DNA of 64,000 nt from an uncultured virus (IMG/VR IMGVR_UViG_3300030376_003496) (lineage: Duplodnaviria; Heunggongvirae; Uroviricota; Caudoviricetes), in IMG/VR virus record IMGVR_UViG_3300030376_003496. One strand, given 5' to 3'. The notes beneath the pieces were generated by a model, which saw only the letters and a list, made by a program, of their open reading frames with translations, was not told the DNA's origin and searched no databases. Numbering within the stretch: position 1 is the stretch's first letter; every line of letters starts with the position of its first letter. Below are positions 26,792-37,400 of this stretch, piece after piece. A program made the translations under genes and the position numbers.

Positions 26792-28486
26792 ATGAATGTA
26801 CCCTCAGAAATGACTGAAGATTTCAGGAACCACTTGTGGGCCTGCTTCAAGTATCTAGGCTTGGGGGAGCCTACGCCATTACAGTACGCTATGGCAGAAA
26901 AACTACAGCATGGCCCTGAGGGCTTCCAGCTTCAGGCTGGTCGTGGTGCTGGTAAGTCCGTGTTAACAGCTTGCTTTGCATCGTGGTTGCTGCTTAGAGA
27001 TTCTAATACAACTGTAATGGTTATGTCAGCTACGGCTAATAAGTCTACGGAGTTTATTTCCATGACTCGTCGTATCTTGTCTCTTGTCCCGTATTGTCAG
27101 CACATGGAACCCGGTCCAAACACTAAGGATAATGCCTTTGGGTTTAACGTCGAAAACAGAACTTCACACGGTCAGGATATGAGTTGCTTTGCTAAGGGTG
27201 TTACCGGACAGATTACTGGGTCACACGCCGATTGGGTTATCTTAGATGATGTTGAGATCGAGAAGAACTCCGAGACGGCAGAGAGCCGTGAGCGGCTTCT
27301 CACGAAGGTCTGGGAGATCGAACAGATCCGTAACCCCGGAGAGGGCGGTGTACGCATTCTGGGTACGCCTCAGACTTCTGAGTCGATCTACCGTAAGATG
27401 GCTGATGGTTATCCGATCCACAAGTTCCCGGCTCTGATGCCGGACCCCTCCGTAGAAGGGCAAATTGAAAACTGTGCTGATTACATTAAAGAATTAGACT
27501 TAGAACCCGGAGACTCTACTCAACCTGAGCGATTCCCGCTGGATCTCTTAATGGAGCGTAAAGCAAAAGTTGGACCTAAGTTGTTTTCTTTGCACTACCA
27601 CCTTGATACGACTCTAGCAGATGCTGAAAGGTATCCCCTTAAGTTAGCTGATTTGGTAGTATTAGATCTCGATTATGAAGTAGCTCCTGAAAAAGTCGTG
27701 TGGGCTTCTAAACAAGTTAATAAATCAATGCCTTGTTTTGGTTTAAGTGGAGATGTTATTTATGAACCTATGTGGATTTCTCAAAATTACCAGCCTTATG
27801 TCCAAAAAGTCATGCACATTGACCCTAGTGGAAGAGGTGCTGACGAAACATCCATATGCTGTAGTGGCTATCTTAATGGTTATGTTTTTATTATGGAGTT
27901 GCTTGGCTACGATGGCGGTTACGACGAAGGGACGCTCAAAAAAATCGTCCAAGTCGCAATCGAAACGGATGTAAAATTAATTCGATTTGAGTCTAACTGG
28001 GGTGACGCTATGTTTGGTCAGATCTTGCTACCCGTCATGCAGCGCATGGGGTGTAAGGCGGGCATCGAAGAGTACCGGGTTACTGGAAATAAGAATAAAA
28101 GAATTATCGATACCCTTGAGCCAGTTATGAATTCACATCGTTTAATTATAGACCGAAAGTCTATCCGTCAGGAAAAGACTCAGAGGCAGCTTACCCGTAT
28201 TACAGAGGTACGCGGGAGCCTTGCTCACGATGACCGCGTAGACGCTCTAGCAGCCTCTGTAAGCTATTGGGAAGAAGCAATGGGGGTCAACGTCGATAAG
28301 ATGATTGAAACGTCTGAGATCGCCCGTCAGGAGGCCGTAGTGAAAGACTGGATGAATGACGAAAGGCGTATTATGGCTATTGCTTATGATCGCACTATTG
28401 GTAATGTAGAAGTAAACGGTAAGGAATTTCGGATGCAGACTCCTAAGCCGTTTAGAAATAGATTGTTAAGGAAATTTAAACGATGA
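26792..28486 (+). CDS. terL: Terminase large subunit (T7 gp19-like)
   Basis: Walker A QAGRGAGKS, GQITGSHAD, Walker B ILDDVE, LGTPQT, nuclease IDPSGRGADET and HDDRVDAL. Confidence 0.95.
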   Translation: MNVPSEMTEDFRNHLWACFKYLGLGEPTPLQYAMAEKLQHGPEGFQLQAGRGAGKSVLTACFASWLLLRDSNTTVMVMSATANKSTEFISMTRRILSLVPYCQHMEPGPNTKDNAFGFNVENRTSHGQDMSCFAKGVTGQITGSHADWVILDDVEIEKNSETAESRERLLTKVWEIEQIRNPGEGGVRILGTPQTSESIYRKMADGYPIHKFPALMPDPSVEGQIENCADYIKELDLEPGDSTQPERFPLDLLMERKAKVGPKLFSLHYHLDTTLADAERYPLKLADLVVLDLDYEVAPEKVVWASKQVNKSMPCFGLSGDVIYEPMWISQNYQPYVQKVMHIDPSGRGADETSICCSGYLNGYVFIMELLGYDGGYDEGTLKKIVQVAIETDVKLIRFESNWGDAMFGQILLPVMQRMGCKAGIEEYRVTGNKNKRIIDTLEPVMNSHRLIIDRKSIRQEKTQRQLTRITEVRGSLAHDDRVDALAASVSYWEEAMGVNVDKMIETSEIARQEAVVKDWMNDERRIMAIAYDRTIGNVEVNGKEFRMQTPKPFRNRLLRKFKR

Positions 28487-28974
28487 GAATTGTGACCGGC
28501 ATAGGACCGAGAGTCGGTTCTTCTTTTGTAATGAAATCCCTCAGGGATGTGGGTCTTCCTGTTGTTGGCAGGAAGTTTTGGGAGTTTACAGCCAAGGACG
28601 AGAACCCAGATGGTTATTGGGAACCACATCCTATTGAAACTAATAAAAACATTTATACTGATAAATGGAAAAATAAAGTTGTAAAAATTTGGCCTAGCGT
28701 GTTGCTAAAAACCCCAGTATATAACATAGACCGTATGGTTGTCTTGGAAAGACGCGATAGACAACGCCAAGATGAAAGTGTCATTAGAGTGGAAGAAAAG
28801 GAACAAGGATTAGTTAAATTTAATAATCCTTTTAATCCAGTTACTGACATTATTGATTGGTCTAGGTGGTGTCTATCAAGAGCATTAGAAGAAGCTAACT
28901 ATCCCATACTTAGGGTGTATACTGAGGATCTTTCTAATAATATAAATAAGATAATTGAATTTATGGAGAAATAA
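28483..28974 (+). CDS. Sulfotransferase-family protein
   Basis: IVTGIGPRVGSSFVMKSL (5'-PSB loop-like) and DENPDGYWE motif. Confidence 0.7.
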   Translation: MRIVTGIGPRVGSSFVMKSLRDVGLPVVGRKFWEFTAKDENPDGYWEPHPIETNKNIYTDKWKNKVVKIWPSVLLKTPVYNIDRMVVLERRDRQRQDESVIRVEEKEQGLVKFNNPFNPVTDIIDWSRWCLSRALEEANYPILRVYTEDLSNNINKIIEFMEK

Positions 28975-28975
28975 T

Positions 28976-29758
28976 ATGGGTGTAGGAATTGCTATGGGAG
29001 CCGCCGCTATTGGCATGGGAGTTATGGGTGCTATTAGTGCCGGTGATGCTGCGTCAGCAGAAAATGCGGCAAGAACGGCTCAGTATGTACATCAAACAGA
29101 AAAAGAAACGTGGTCATACGGTGAAGCTGCATGGGCTACTGCTCAAAGAAACGCAACTCGTTGGATGCAAAACCAAGTTAATATGGAAGTAGCTGCTAGA
29201 AATTACGGTTTAAATCAAATTGCTTTAGCTAAAACTGCTGAATCAAGAAGAAAACAAATTAGCCGTGCTCAAAAACTACAAACATCTTCTGTAACAAGTA
29301 AACTAACTGCTAAAATGGGCGTTAATTCTGGTACAGCCGAGCGTATTATTAAACAAATGGAAACCCAAGGAGCAGAAAACTGGTCTAGAGAATTTAAAGG
29401 TCAGCTTAATGCCGAAAGACAATTAGAACAGCAATTCCAAAATAACTTAAGACAAGGCTCTGATTTAGGGTATGACCTTCTGGGACCATACCAACCGGGT
29501 CTTCCGCCTCAAATGAATAACGTCGGTATGGCTACTCTTAATGGTGGTATCCAAGGAGCCGCTCAGGGTATCCAGATGGTTGGTGGTATCATGGGTGCCA
29601 TGAACAGTTATCAGCAATGGTCTGCTGGTGCCGGTGGTGGCGGTCTTCCATCTGGTGTAGGTAGTATGAATACAGCTAGTACTATGAGTTCTACTTCTGC
29701 TTTAGGCGGTAATTCCAGCAGTATATTAGCAATGCCCGGTAATATGAGTTTCGCATAA
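28976..29758 (+). CDS. Internal virion (ejection) protein, T7 gp14-like
   Basis: GGAG SD then ATG 28976; hydrophobic Gly/Ala N-terminus, coiled coil, G..SG motif; first of three internal-protein genes. Confidence 0.7.
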   Translation: MGVGIAMGAAAIGMGVMGAISAGDAASAENAARTAQYVHQTEKETWSYGEAAWATAQRNATRWMQNQVNMEVAARNYGLNQIALAKTAESRRKQISRAQKLQTSSVTSKLTAKMGVNSGTAERIIKQMETQGAENWSREFKGQLNAERQLEQQFQNNLRQGSDLGYDLLGPYQPGLPPQMNNVGMATLNGGIQGAAQGIQMVGGIMGAMNSYQQWSAGAGGGGLPSGVGSMNTASTMSSTSALGGNSSSILAMPGNMSFA

Positions 29759-29769
29759 GGAGATAAACA

Positions 29770-32700
29770 ATGCCAAGAAAAACACAAAAACAAGAGCAGA
29801 CTGGTGGGCCTATTAATCCCCAGATGCAGTACGTAGAAGAACAGCAGTTTATTTCTCAAGAAGTTGCTGGAAAAGTAGGACAAGCGACTAGCCAATACCA
29901 AACAATTTTTGGGTCTGATTCCCCCTCAGCTTTTGCAACTGGGCCTTCGCCTATGCAAAATTTATTAAGTATTGTGGGAGGAGTTTATCAAGGAATTGAC
30001 GCAGCAGGGAAAACTTTTCAAACTGCTGTTGATATCGATAAACGCAAAGATGCTAAGATGGCTCGAAACTTAGAAGAACAAATGAAAGTTATCGATAGTG
30101 ATCCTAACCTTACACCAGAACAAAAACAGTGGTCTAAATTTGAATTACAAGGTAAAGGATTTCAATCGGCATTAAGACCAGAAACTAAAGATTTTTTTAA
30201 ATACAGCCAAGACATTACTATGCATAATGTCGAATTTTTAGAAGATGCAGATAACTTTTCAAATACTTTATTTGAGTTTGAAAAAAAATCAATTCGGATG
30301 ACTGCTGCTGAACGGTTAGAAAAATTACCGGGTATGTACAGAGCACTTGAAAAAAAATATCCGGGTTTTTCAGAAAAAATTAAAGAGTCTGCTAGGGTTG
30401 CTGAGGTAAAAGCACACGAATTGCTGTGGAAAGAAAACACTAATAAAACAATGGTTTATTTTGACCAAGCCTTAAATACATTTTTTAGTTCTCCTTCTGC
30501 TCAAGATAGAAACAAAATTTTTAATTTAGATCCAGAATCTGTTTATGCTGGGGCTATGAGTCTTATGCGTGAAAGTGATACAGACGCTACGAATTTTGCT
30601 CTAAGTGCTGAAGACGAAGAACAAGATTCAGCTTTAAGAGAAATTCTTGTAAACAGAGCAAACCAAGCTTTATTTGAACGTCAATCTACTGAAAGAAATG
30701 CTCAACGAGAAGCCAAAAGAGCAAACTACGGTCGTAATATTGGTATAGCTACTCCCGGTAGCTATAGCCCTATTGTAGACGCTATAGATTATGGCGGCGT
30801 TGGTTATTTAAGTAATATAGCTATGTCTCCTTATCTCCAAGGTGAAACAGGAGAACAGTTTGGTAAAAACATTCAGCGTTATCGAGATGAGCTTTTGGGA
30901 GCAACTACCGAAGTCCCTGATTATTTATTGCAGTTTTGGAATTTATCTAAAACAGGTAATTTTAATTTAAAAAGTGTCGAACAATATTATAATCTTGGGG
31001 CTGAATACGAACAAGTTAAGGCCGGAATTGAGGTTTTTAAAAGACTTAATGAAGACGGATTAAGAGTAGACAACGTAAATGAAGAAGATTTAGCAACATT
31101 AAAAATAGCTGCTGGTTTTATGCTTGATGCTGAAATGAATAAACTTGAAATGTTGGGTGCTAACTCTGAAAACGCAGCAGCAGGTTTTGCTTTTCAGGCA
31201 TTAAATGCTTACCGGACTGATCACGGAATGCCGGGTAGAATAGCTTTAGAAATGCAGCAAACAACCCTTGACGAAGAATCAGATAAACGAACAGAAAACG
31301 AAACAGGCAGAGCTTTATATACATCGGCTTTTCTAGGTTCAGGAAGTTGGAATGCTTATAGTAATCATCTTCAAGCTAGTATACAAAGCATCGTGGCGGA
31401 TTTTTCTGGTCGAGTAACTGGCCCTACTATGGCTGGATACGAGTTTGACCCGCAAATGGTAAAAGACGAGCAAACTTTAAGCGCAGCTTATGCTGAGTTA
31501 AATAAGCTTGAACAATCTGGTGTTGCTTATAAAAAATCAGAAGAAGCAAACAAAAAGAAAAATGAGATAGTAAAAAGTATTTATGATGTATTAGATGCAC
31601 ACGATCTTACAATAGGAAGACCAAGAATTGATGTTTCAGATTCTAAAGAAAGATTAGACAACGCCAATAGAGCCGCTGAAAATGTAACTGAAGAAGATTC
31701 TTTTTCTTATTTCGAGCCTGCTTTAACTTCTATTTTTACAGAGGATAACAGAGTAACGTCATTAGTTCATATGCAAACGGCTCTTGAAGGTGTTACCGAA
31801 GGTTTAAGGGCATATCAAGAATTTATTCCTGATCAAATTGTAAGAGGTGAGGGCTACATTGAACCCTTATTACAAGATGTGCAAAAGATTTTAAAATCAG
31901 ATCAACCTTTAGAAGAAATTATTCCTAGTGTTTTAGGAATGTTAGATCATTTTGAAGTGGATTTTCAGAAAGCACCTGAAAATCAAGATTCGGCGCAGTT
32001 AAATGCGTGGGGTATTTTTAGAAAAAAACTTAAAGATGTTAAACTAAATTTAATAGCTCAAGCGGCTGGCATGGATGATAACCCGGCCCGAGGGGGATCA
32101 AACCAATTTGTAAAAGTTAGAAACGATCAGGGGACTGTTTGGGGATTAAAACCTAGACTTGGAAGCCCAGAACAGTTTCAGCGTATGTTAAGCGGTAGAA
32201 TTATACCATTAGCTAATGAGGGTTATGTAGATGATTTCCTGTTACGCGCTAATTCTGAAGGTCCAGCTTTAGACTATCTTGTGGGATCTGTAGAACAAAT
32301 TGTAAAAACTTACCAAGACGCTGCACAAGCAGAAGAAGACCCCGACCGAAAAATGTTAGCTGGTATGATAGCTGTTTCGGGTAATGAAGATCACAAGGCT
32401 ATTTTAAAACAACTTTTTGAGGTTACGCATAATACCGCAATGTCTCACTTAGTTCCAGAAAAACTTAAAAACGCTATGCGAACTGGTTTTATGGTTCCGC
32501 TTTTAAACCAGCAAACTAAAAAAGTATATAGTTCATTTCTTGGAGCACAAGAAGAAGATCCGTTTAAAGCCCAAATATTAACAATATTAGATTCTTCATT
32601 ACCTGTTTTACTTAATATTGAAAATCCCGAAGAAGCTCTTTTTAACGCTTCTAGAATGAGCGAAGCTTTAAATCTTTCTTTAAGCCGGATTAATCAAAAA

Positions 32701-34371
32701 GGTACTTATATAAACGCACTAAACGATGCAGAGGTTTCTAATACTGTTGCTTTTTCTTCTGGGCTTGAGCAAGCTATTGGAATGCACGAAAAAAGAAGAG
32801 GTGTGGTTTCTACAAAAGGCAATAGACACTCTAATATTGACGGAGTTTCTGCGGTTGTTTTAAACGGTCTTCAAATTACAGGATTACCTGTTGATTCTTC
32901 GACTACTGCTAGTAAATCCCTTCTTAATATGTCTACTCCTAAATTAGATCAAGCTATGTTAGGAGCAGTATTTGATTTAATGCCAGAAGCTATGAGATCA
33001 CAAGCGCAGCTTCAATGGGTAAATACTACTTTTATGGAAGCTGCTGGACCTACTTTTGGTCAAAATACGGGTGATTTATACAACTTAAGGGAAAAAGCTT
33101 TACAAGCTCAAGGAACGTTATTAGGAAACAGCTTACCTTCCAACGCTCAAATTGCTGTTGCAATTGTTCCAACTCAAAATGGAGAAGATAACCAAAAATT
33201 AAGGTGGTTTCCTAAAACTCCTGATAAAGAAGCACACTATCAATACGATGGTGTAGAAGTTACATCAGCAAACGAGTTAAGAGTGTATTTAAACGAAGAA
33301 TTAGGGAAAACAAATTCTGGTTTTGAAATAGAAGCTTATATGGTTTCTAGTCCTAACGATGTAACACCTACATCTACTACAACCCCACCTAATTTACGCT
33401 ACGTAGGACCACGAGATACTCAAGGGTTAATTGCTCCAACTGCTCCAGCAAACGCGCAACGAAGAGTCTCAGCGCAAAGCCAGTTAATCGTATCTCCTAC
33501 GTCTTCTAAAGATATTATTACAACTTTTCTTACTAATAAAAACTCTGGTTTTAGTTTACTTAATAATCAATTACAAAAAAATGCCCAACAAGACGGTGAT
33601 AAAAACCAGTTACACCCTAAGTTAAAAAGACCTTTTATGCTCTTTTTAACAGCGTTTAAAAAATCTACAGGTAATTCGAGACAGTTCAACGGCGGCGCAG
33701 ATACTGTTTTAAGAGGAGTCGCAGAAAGAGGCGAGTGGCAGAATACTTCAGTTCAAGATTATGGTCGAACTGTAGCAGATCAAGAAGCATTAATAATGGG
33801 TATGGCAATTTTAGATGATCAGTGTAAAAGAACATTAGAACAAGCATCTTCTGAAGGGTGGACACAAGATCGGTTATTTCAAGAAATGGACGAACAAATT
33901 GCAAACCTTACGCAATTGTTAGATTCTTCTAACGGTATTCAAACTTGGATGACTCCCGATAATGAAAATATTATATTAGCTCAACCGGATATGAACGGAG
34001 AAGAATTGTATGATGTAAATTTAGATTTTATGGCAACTTTAAGAGGAGCCGCCTACCAAAATCATAATAGAAATCAAATGAGTAATTCTGGCTTTACTTT
34101 AGACGGCGGAATGGATTATTTTGGAAGAGTAAATTCCGGTATGTTTAATATAGGGGCTGTATCTAGATACGAGCATAGAGTAAATGTTCCTGACGTTAGA
34201 GGACCGATGTTTCAACCAGAATTACTCCGCAAAAACTTAAGGGCATCAGAAGTTTCAGCCTTTAATAGATTAGAAGGAAATAAAAAAATTATAGAGTACA
34301 ACTGGAAATCTCCTGATACTCCCTATAGAGCATACCTTGAATATCTTAGGTCTTTACAAGAACAAAATTAA
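29770..34371 (+). CDS. Internal virion (ejection) protein, T7 gp15-like position, 1533 aa
   Basis: Large helical, essentially Cys-free protein between the gp14-like and gp16-like genes. Confidence 0.6.
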   Translation: MPRKTQKQEQTGGPINPQMQYVEEQQFISQEVAGKVGQATSQYQTIFGSDSPSAFATGPSPMQNLLSIVGGVYQGIDAAGKTFQTAVDIDKRKDAKMARNLEEQMKVIDSDPNLTPEQKQWSKFELQGKGFQSALRPETKDFFKYSQDITMHNVEFLEDADNFSNTLFEFEKKSIRMTAAERLEKLPGMYRALEKKYPGFSEKIKESARVAEVKAHELLWKENTNKTMVYFDQALNTFFSSPSAQDRNKIFNLDPESVYAGAMSLMRESDTDATNFALSAEDEEQDSALREILVNRANQALFERQSTERNAQREAKRANYGRNIGIATPGSYSPIVDAIDYGGVGYLSNIAMSPYLQGETGEQFGKNIQRYRDELLGATTEVPDYLLQFWNLSKTGNFNLKSVEQYYNLGAEYEQVKAGIEVFKRLNEDGLRVDNVNEEDLATLKIAAGFMLDAEMNKLEMLGANSENAAAGFAFQALNAYRTDHGMPGRIALEMQQTTLDEESDKRTENETGRALYTSAFLGSGSWNAYSNHLQASIQSIVADFSGRVTGPTMAGYEFDPQMVKDEQTLSAAYAELNKLEQSGVAYKKSEEANKKKNEIVKSIYDVLDAHDLTIGRPRIDVSDSKERLDNANRAAENVTEEDSFSYFEPALTSIFTEDNRVTSLVHMQTALEGVTEGLRAYQEFIPDQIVRGEGYIEPLLQDVQKILKSDQPLEEIIPSVLGMLDHFEVDFQKAPENQDSAQLNAWGIFRKKLKDVKLNLIAQAAGMDDNPARGGSNQFVKVRNDQGTVWGLKPRLGSPEQFQRMLSGRIIPLANEGYVDDFLLRANSEGPALDYLVGSVEQIVKTYQDAAQAEEDPDRKMLAGMIAVSGNEDHKAILKQLFEVTHNTAMSHLVPEKLKNAMRTGFMVPLLNQQTKKVYSSFLGAQEEDPFKAQILTILDSSLPVLLNIENPEEALFNASRMSEALNLSLSRINQKGTYINALNDAEVSNTVAFSSGLEQAIGMHEKRRGVVSTKGNRHSNIDGVSAVVLNGLQITGLPVDSSTTASKSLLNMSTPKLDQAMLGAVFDLMPEAMRSQAQLQWVNTTFMEAAGPTFGQNTGDLYNLREKALQAQGTLLGNSLPSNAQIAVAIVPTQNGEDNQKLRWFPKTPDKEAHYQYDGVEVTSANELRVYLNEELGKTNSGFEIEAYMVSSPNDVTPTSTTTPPNLRYVGPRDTQGLIAPTAPANAQRRVSAQSQLIVSPTSSKDIITTFLTNKNSGFSLLNNQLQKNAQQDGDKNQLHPKLKRPFMLFLTAFKKSTGNSRQFNGGADTVLRGVAERGEWQNTSVQDYGRTVADQEALIMGMAILDDQCKRTLEQASSEGWTQDRLFQEMDEQIANLTQLLDSSNGIQTWMTPDNENIILAQPDMNGEELYDVNLDFMATLRGAAYQNHNRNQMSNSGFTLDGGMDYFGRVNSGMFNIGAVSRYEHRVNVPDVRGPMFQPELLRKNLRASEVSAFNRLEGNKKIIEYNWKSPDTPYRAYLEYLRSLQEQN

Positions 34372-34408
34372 AGTCTATGAGAATAGATTTAAATAAGGAA
34401 AACAATAC

Positions 34409-37400
34409 ATGTCAAATTTTAGCGCAAATTCAGATTGGTTTAAAAACTACGTTAATTCTATTGAAGTAGAAGAGTTTAATAAAAACAGACCTAAACTAAC
34501 TTATAAAAAATTTGAGGAAAATCAAACTTTATCTACTTATATTGCAGAAGAACGTTTTCTTAACACGCTGGAAAAATCTACTGATTTAGTCCCAGAGTAC
34601 GACTATATGGATAGGCTTAAGGATAAACAAGAAAACTTACTGGGTTTATACCGAATGAATTTTTCTGAAATTGAAGAGCGTGATGCAAAAAGACAAGCTG
34701 AAAGAGAAAAATACGCCGCTCTTATAACGGACGAAGAAAAAGAGTTACACGATATTACCGAAGGTAATAAAGTTGCTAAAATTAAAGAAGGCATGAAAAA
34801 TAACGTTCCTTTATGGCAGTTAATGAACCCTGATGATTTTGTTACTAAAGAAGCAGGCGAAGCTCAGGTACGATTGTATGATACTACTGACGGTTATTCT
34901 ATGTCACAGTATACGACATTTACAACCGCTGACACTTATAAAAGTTGGTTCGGTACTACCAAACGAGTAAGAATGGGTGCAGCCCAACGTCTTCAGCTTG
35001 ATACTTCAACTGCTGATGTATTTAGAAAAATTGCACAAGCTGCTGGTATTCAGTTTAATTTTGAGGGAGAGGTTATTAAAGGCAGTAACCTAACTATTAA
35101 ACAATACATTGACGAACATATTGGAGAAAACCCTGATCAGTATTGGTTCTGGGAAAACATAAAAGATATTTTTGTAGATACTGGTATTGATGGTCGCCTT
35201 GGTCCGTGGAACAGTACTATGCTTTCTGAAAAACTCCTAGCTTTAAAAGATGATAACTGGATGGGAGAAGGAGGAGATAGAGACAAACTTATTGCTATTC
35301 TTTCTATGGATGAAAGTGAAATTGGACCAACAGGTGCTGTACAGGGAGAGGTTAGGCAGTTCTTAGCAGAAAATCCTCAGATCTTAGAAGACCTTAAAGG
35401 ATCTCAAAATGGCTGGCAGTTTATTTCAGCCTTAAACGCAAGAAAATCCGAACGTGTTATTGGTAATTATTTAACTGAAAATAACGGCGATTACGGATCA
35501 GCAGGTTTTTTAAATCTTTTAGGATACGGCTTTACTACCGACCCTGCATTAGCTTTAGATGTAGCAGCTACTGTAGGACTTACGGCTGTTACTGGCGGCG
35601 GGTATCTTGGAGCTAGAGTAGGAGCAGGAGTTCTCCAAGTCGGCACTAAAATGAAATTTGCTGTGAATGCTTTAGATCATTCTAAAAAACTCAGGCACTT
35701 TAATAAAATGGTCGATTTAGCTAAAAAGGATAATGTCCTTAGAAGATACAGCGTAGGATCAAAGTTAGCTAAGGGTTTATCTAGAACTGGTGAGGGTATA
35801 ATGTTTACCCGAAGACTTTTACCAACTCAGATTGTATCTGAGCTTTTCTTTCCCAGTGTTAAGTTTTTATGGCATGGTAGGGCAATGAAAAAAGGTGATG
35901 ACGCTGTAGACGCTGGTAAATCGTGGTGGAAATACTTAAAAGATGAAAACTATTTAGGCGACAATGTAGGACACCGTATGCTTCACAGAGCACTTGGAGG
36001 AGCAATGGAAGGTGTTGTCTGGGGAAGCATTGAATACGGAGTTATGGAAGACTATCAAGATAGAACAAATAGTCTTATATTTGGTAATGAAGCTTCGGCA
36101 GCTTTAGCTTTAGATAGAGATAGAAGCGGCGCGTTTGGTCATATGCTTATGTTTGGAGTAGCCTTTGGTGGTCTTGGTGGCCCTCTTATTGGTGAGGCTT
36201 TTACTCAATTAGGTAGAATCCCTAAAGGTCTGATTAAAGGCGGGATGGGATTAAATCAATGGGCTGATCAACTTCTTAGTCCGGGCGGTCAAGAAGCTAT
36301 GGGTTATACAAAAACACCGTGGGCTAAACGATTTGCAGCAAAGGTTGTAAAAGGAACAGGTGTAGCAGCGCAGTGGTTAGGTGGCGGAAATCAATACACA
36401 ATTGAACAACATTATTTAATGTATAAAGCTCTTAGTATGTTAAGTGATGTCGAAATTGAAGCTATTAAGGCAGACGAGTCTGGTAGAGCTATGACTAAAA
36501 CTTTACAGTCAATTCAAGATAGAATCTCTAAGTGGCACTTTGTAGCTGAAGAAGGAGGTCTTGATCTTAAGAAATCTTTTGAAAACGCAGAGGCTGAGTT
36601 TATGCGTTTAGACCCCTCAGAACGAACTGCCCGCGCTTTTACAGATTTAGTAGAAAACGACATAGCAGCACAGGAACATGTCTTTAGAGAAGGCGAAGGA
36701 TTTAGAGATAGAGTGTCACATGAAATGAGGCGTGAACATGACGCACGCATGAGAGCAAGCTCTGATTTCGATCTTATGCAAGAAGCTATGGCTAAAGCAG
36801 ATCCATCTAAACCACCTGCTGGTTCTGATGGAGTTACTTTTAGTAAAGAAGCTGAGGAAATAGAAGCAAAACGTGTTGAAACAGCACGGCAAAACACTGA
36901 AGCAAGAGCCGAACAAGCTAGAAGAGAAGCGGGAGAAGATTTAGAAGAACCTGTAGCAACTCCAGACGATATTAAAGGCGATTTAGCAGACGAAATGGCT
37001 CTCCGCGATGCAGACACTATTGCAGCAAAACAACAGGCAATTGAAGACGCTAAAAAACTACAGAAAGAAGCAGAGCAAAGAATAGCGGAAATGGAAGGAG
37101 GCAGCAAACAAGAAAAAAAAGCAAATTACCCAGAAGAATACCCTGCTGCAAAAAAACAAATAAGAGATGCTAAAAACGCAAAGAAAAAGGCAGAAGAGTT
37201 TCTTGAAAAGGCTGAAAAAGCTAAAGAAATTCCTCTGGAAACGGTAGAAGAAGAGCTTAAGGCTAAGTTAGAAGAAGCTAAAAATGATGTTAGGAATATA
37301 TCTGATGAAGAACTTGCTGATAGAATTACTGATTTTGAGTTAACTTTAGGACAACTTAGATCTGAGCTTAACTCTGAAGCTATGTTATATTGGCAACAGA

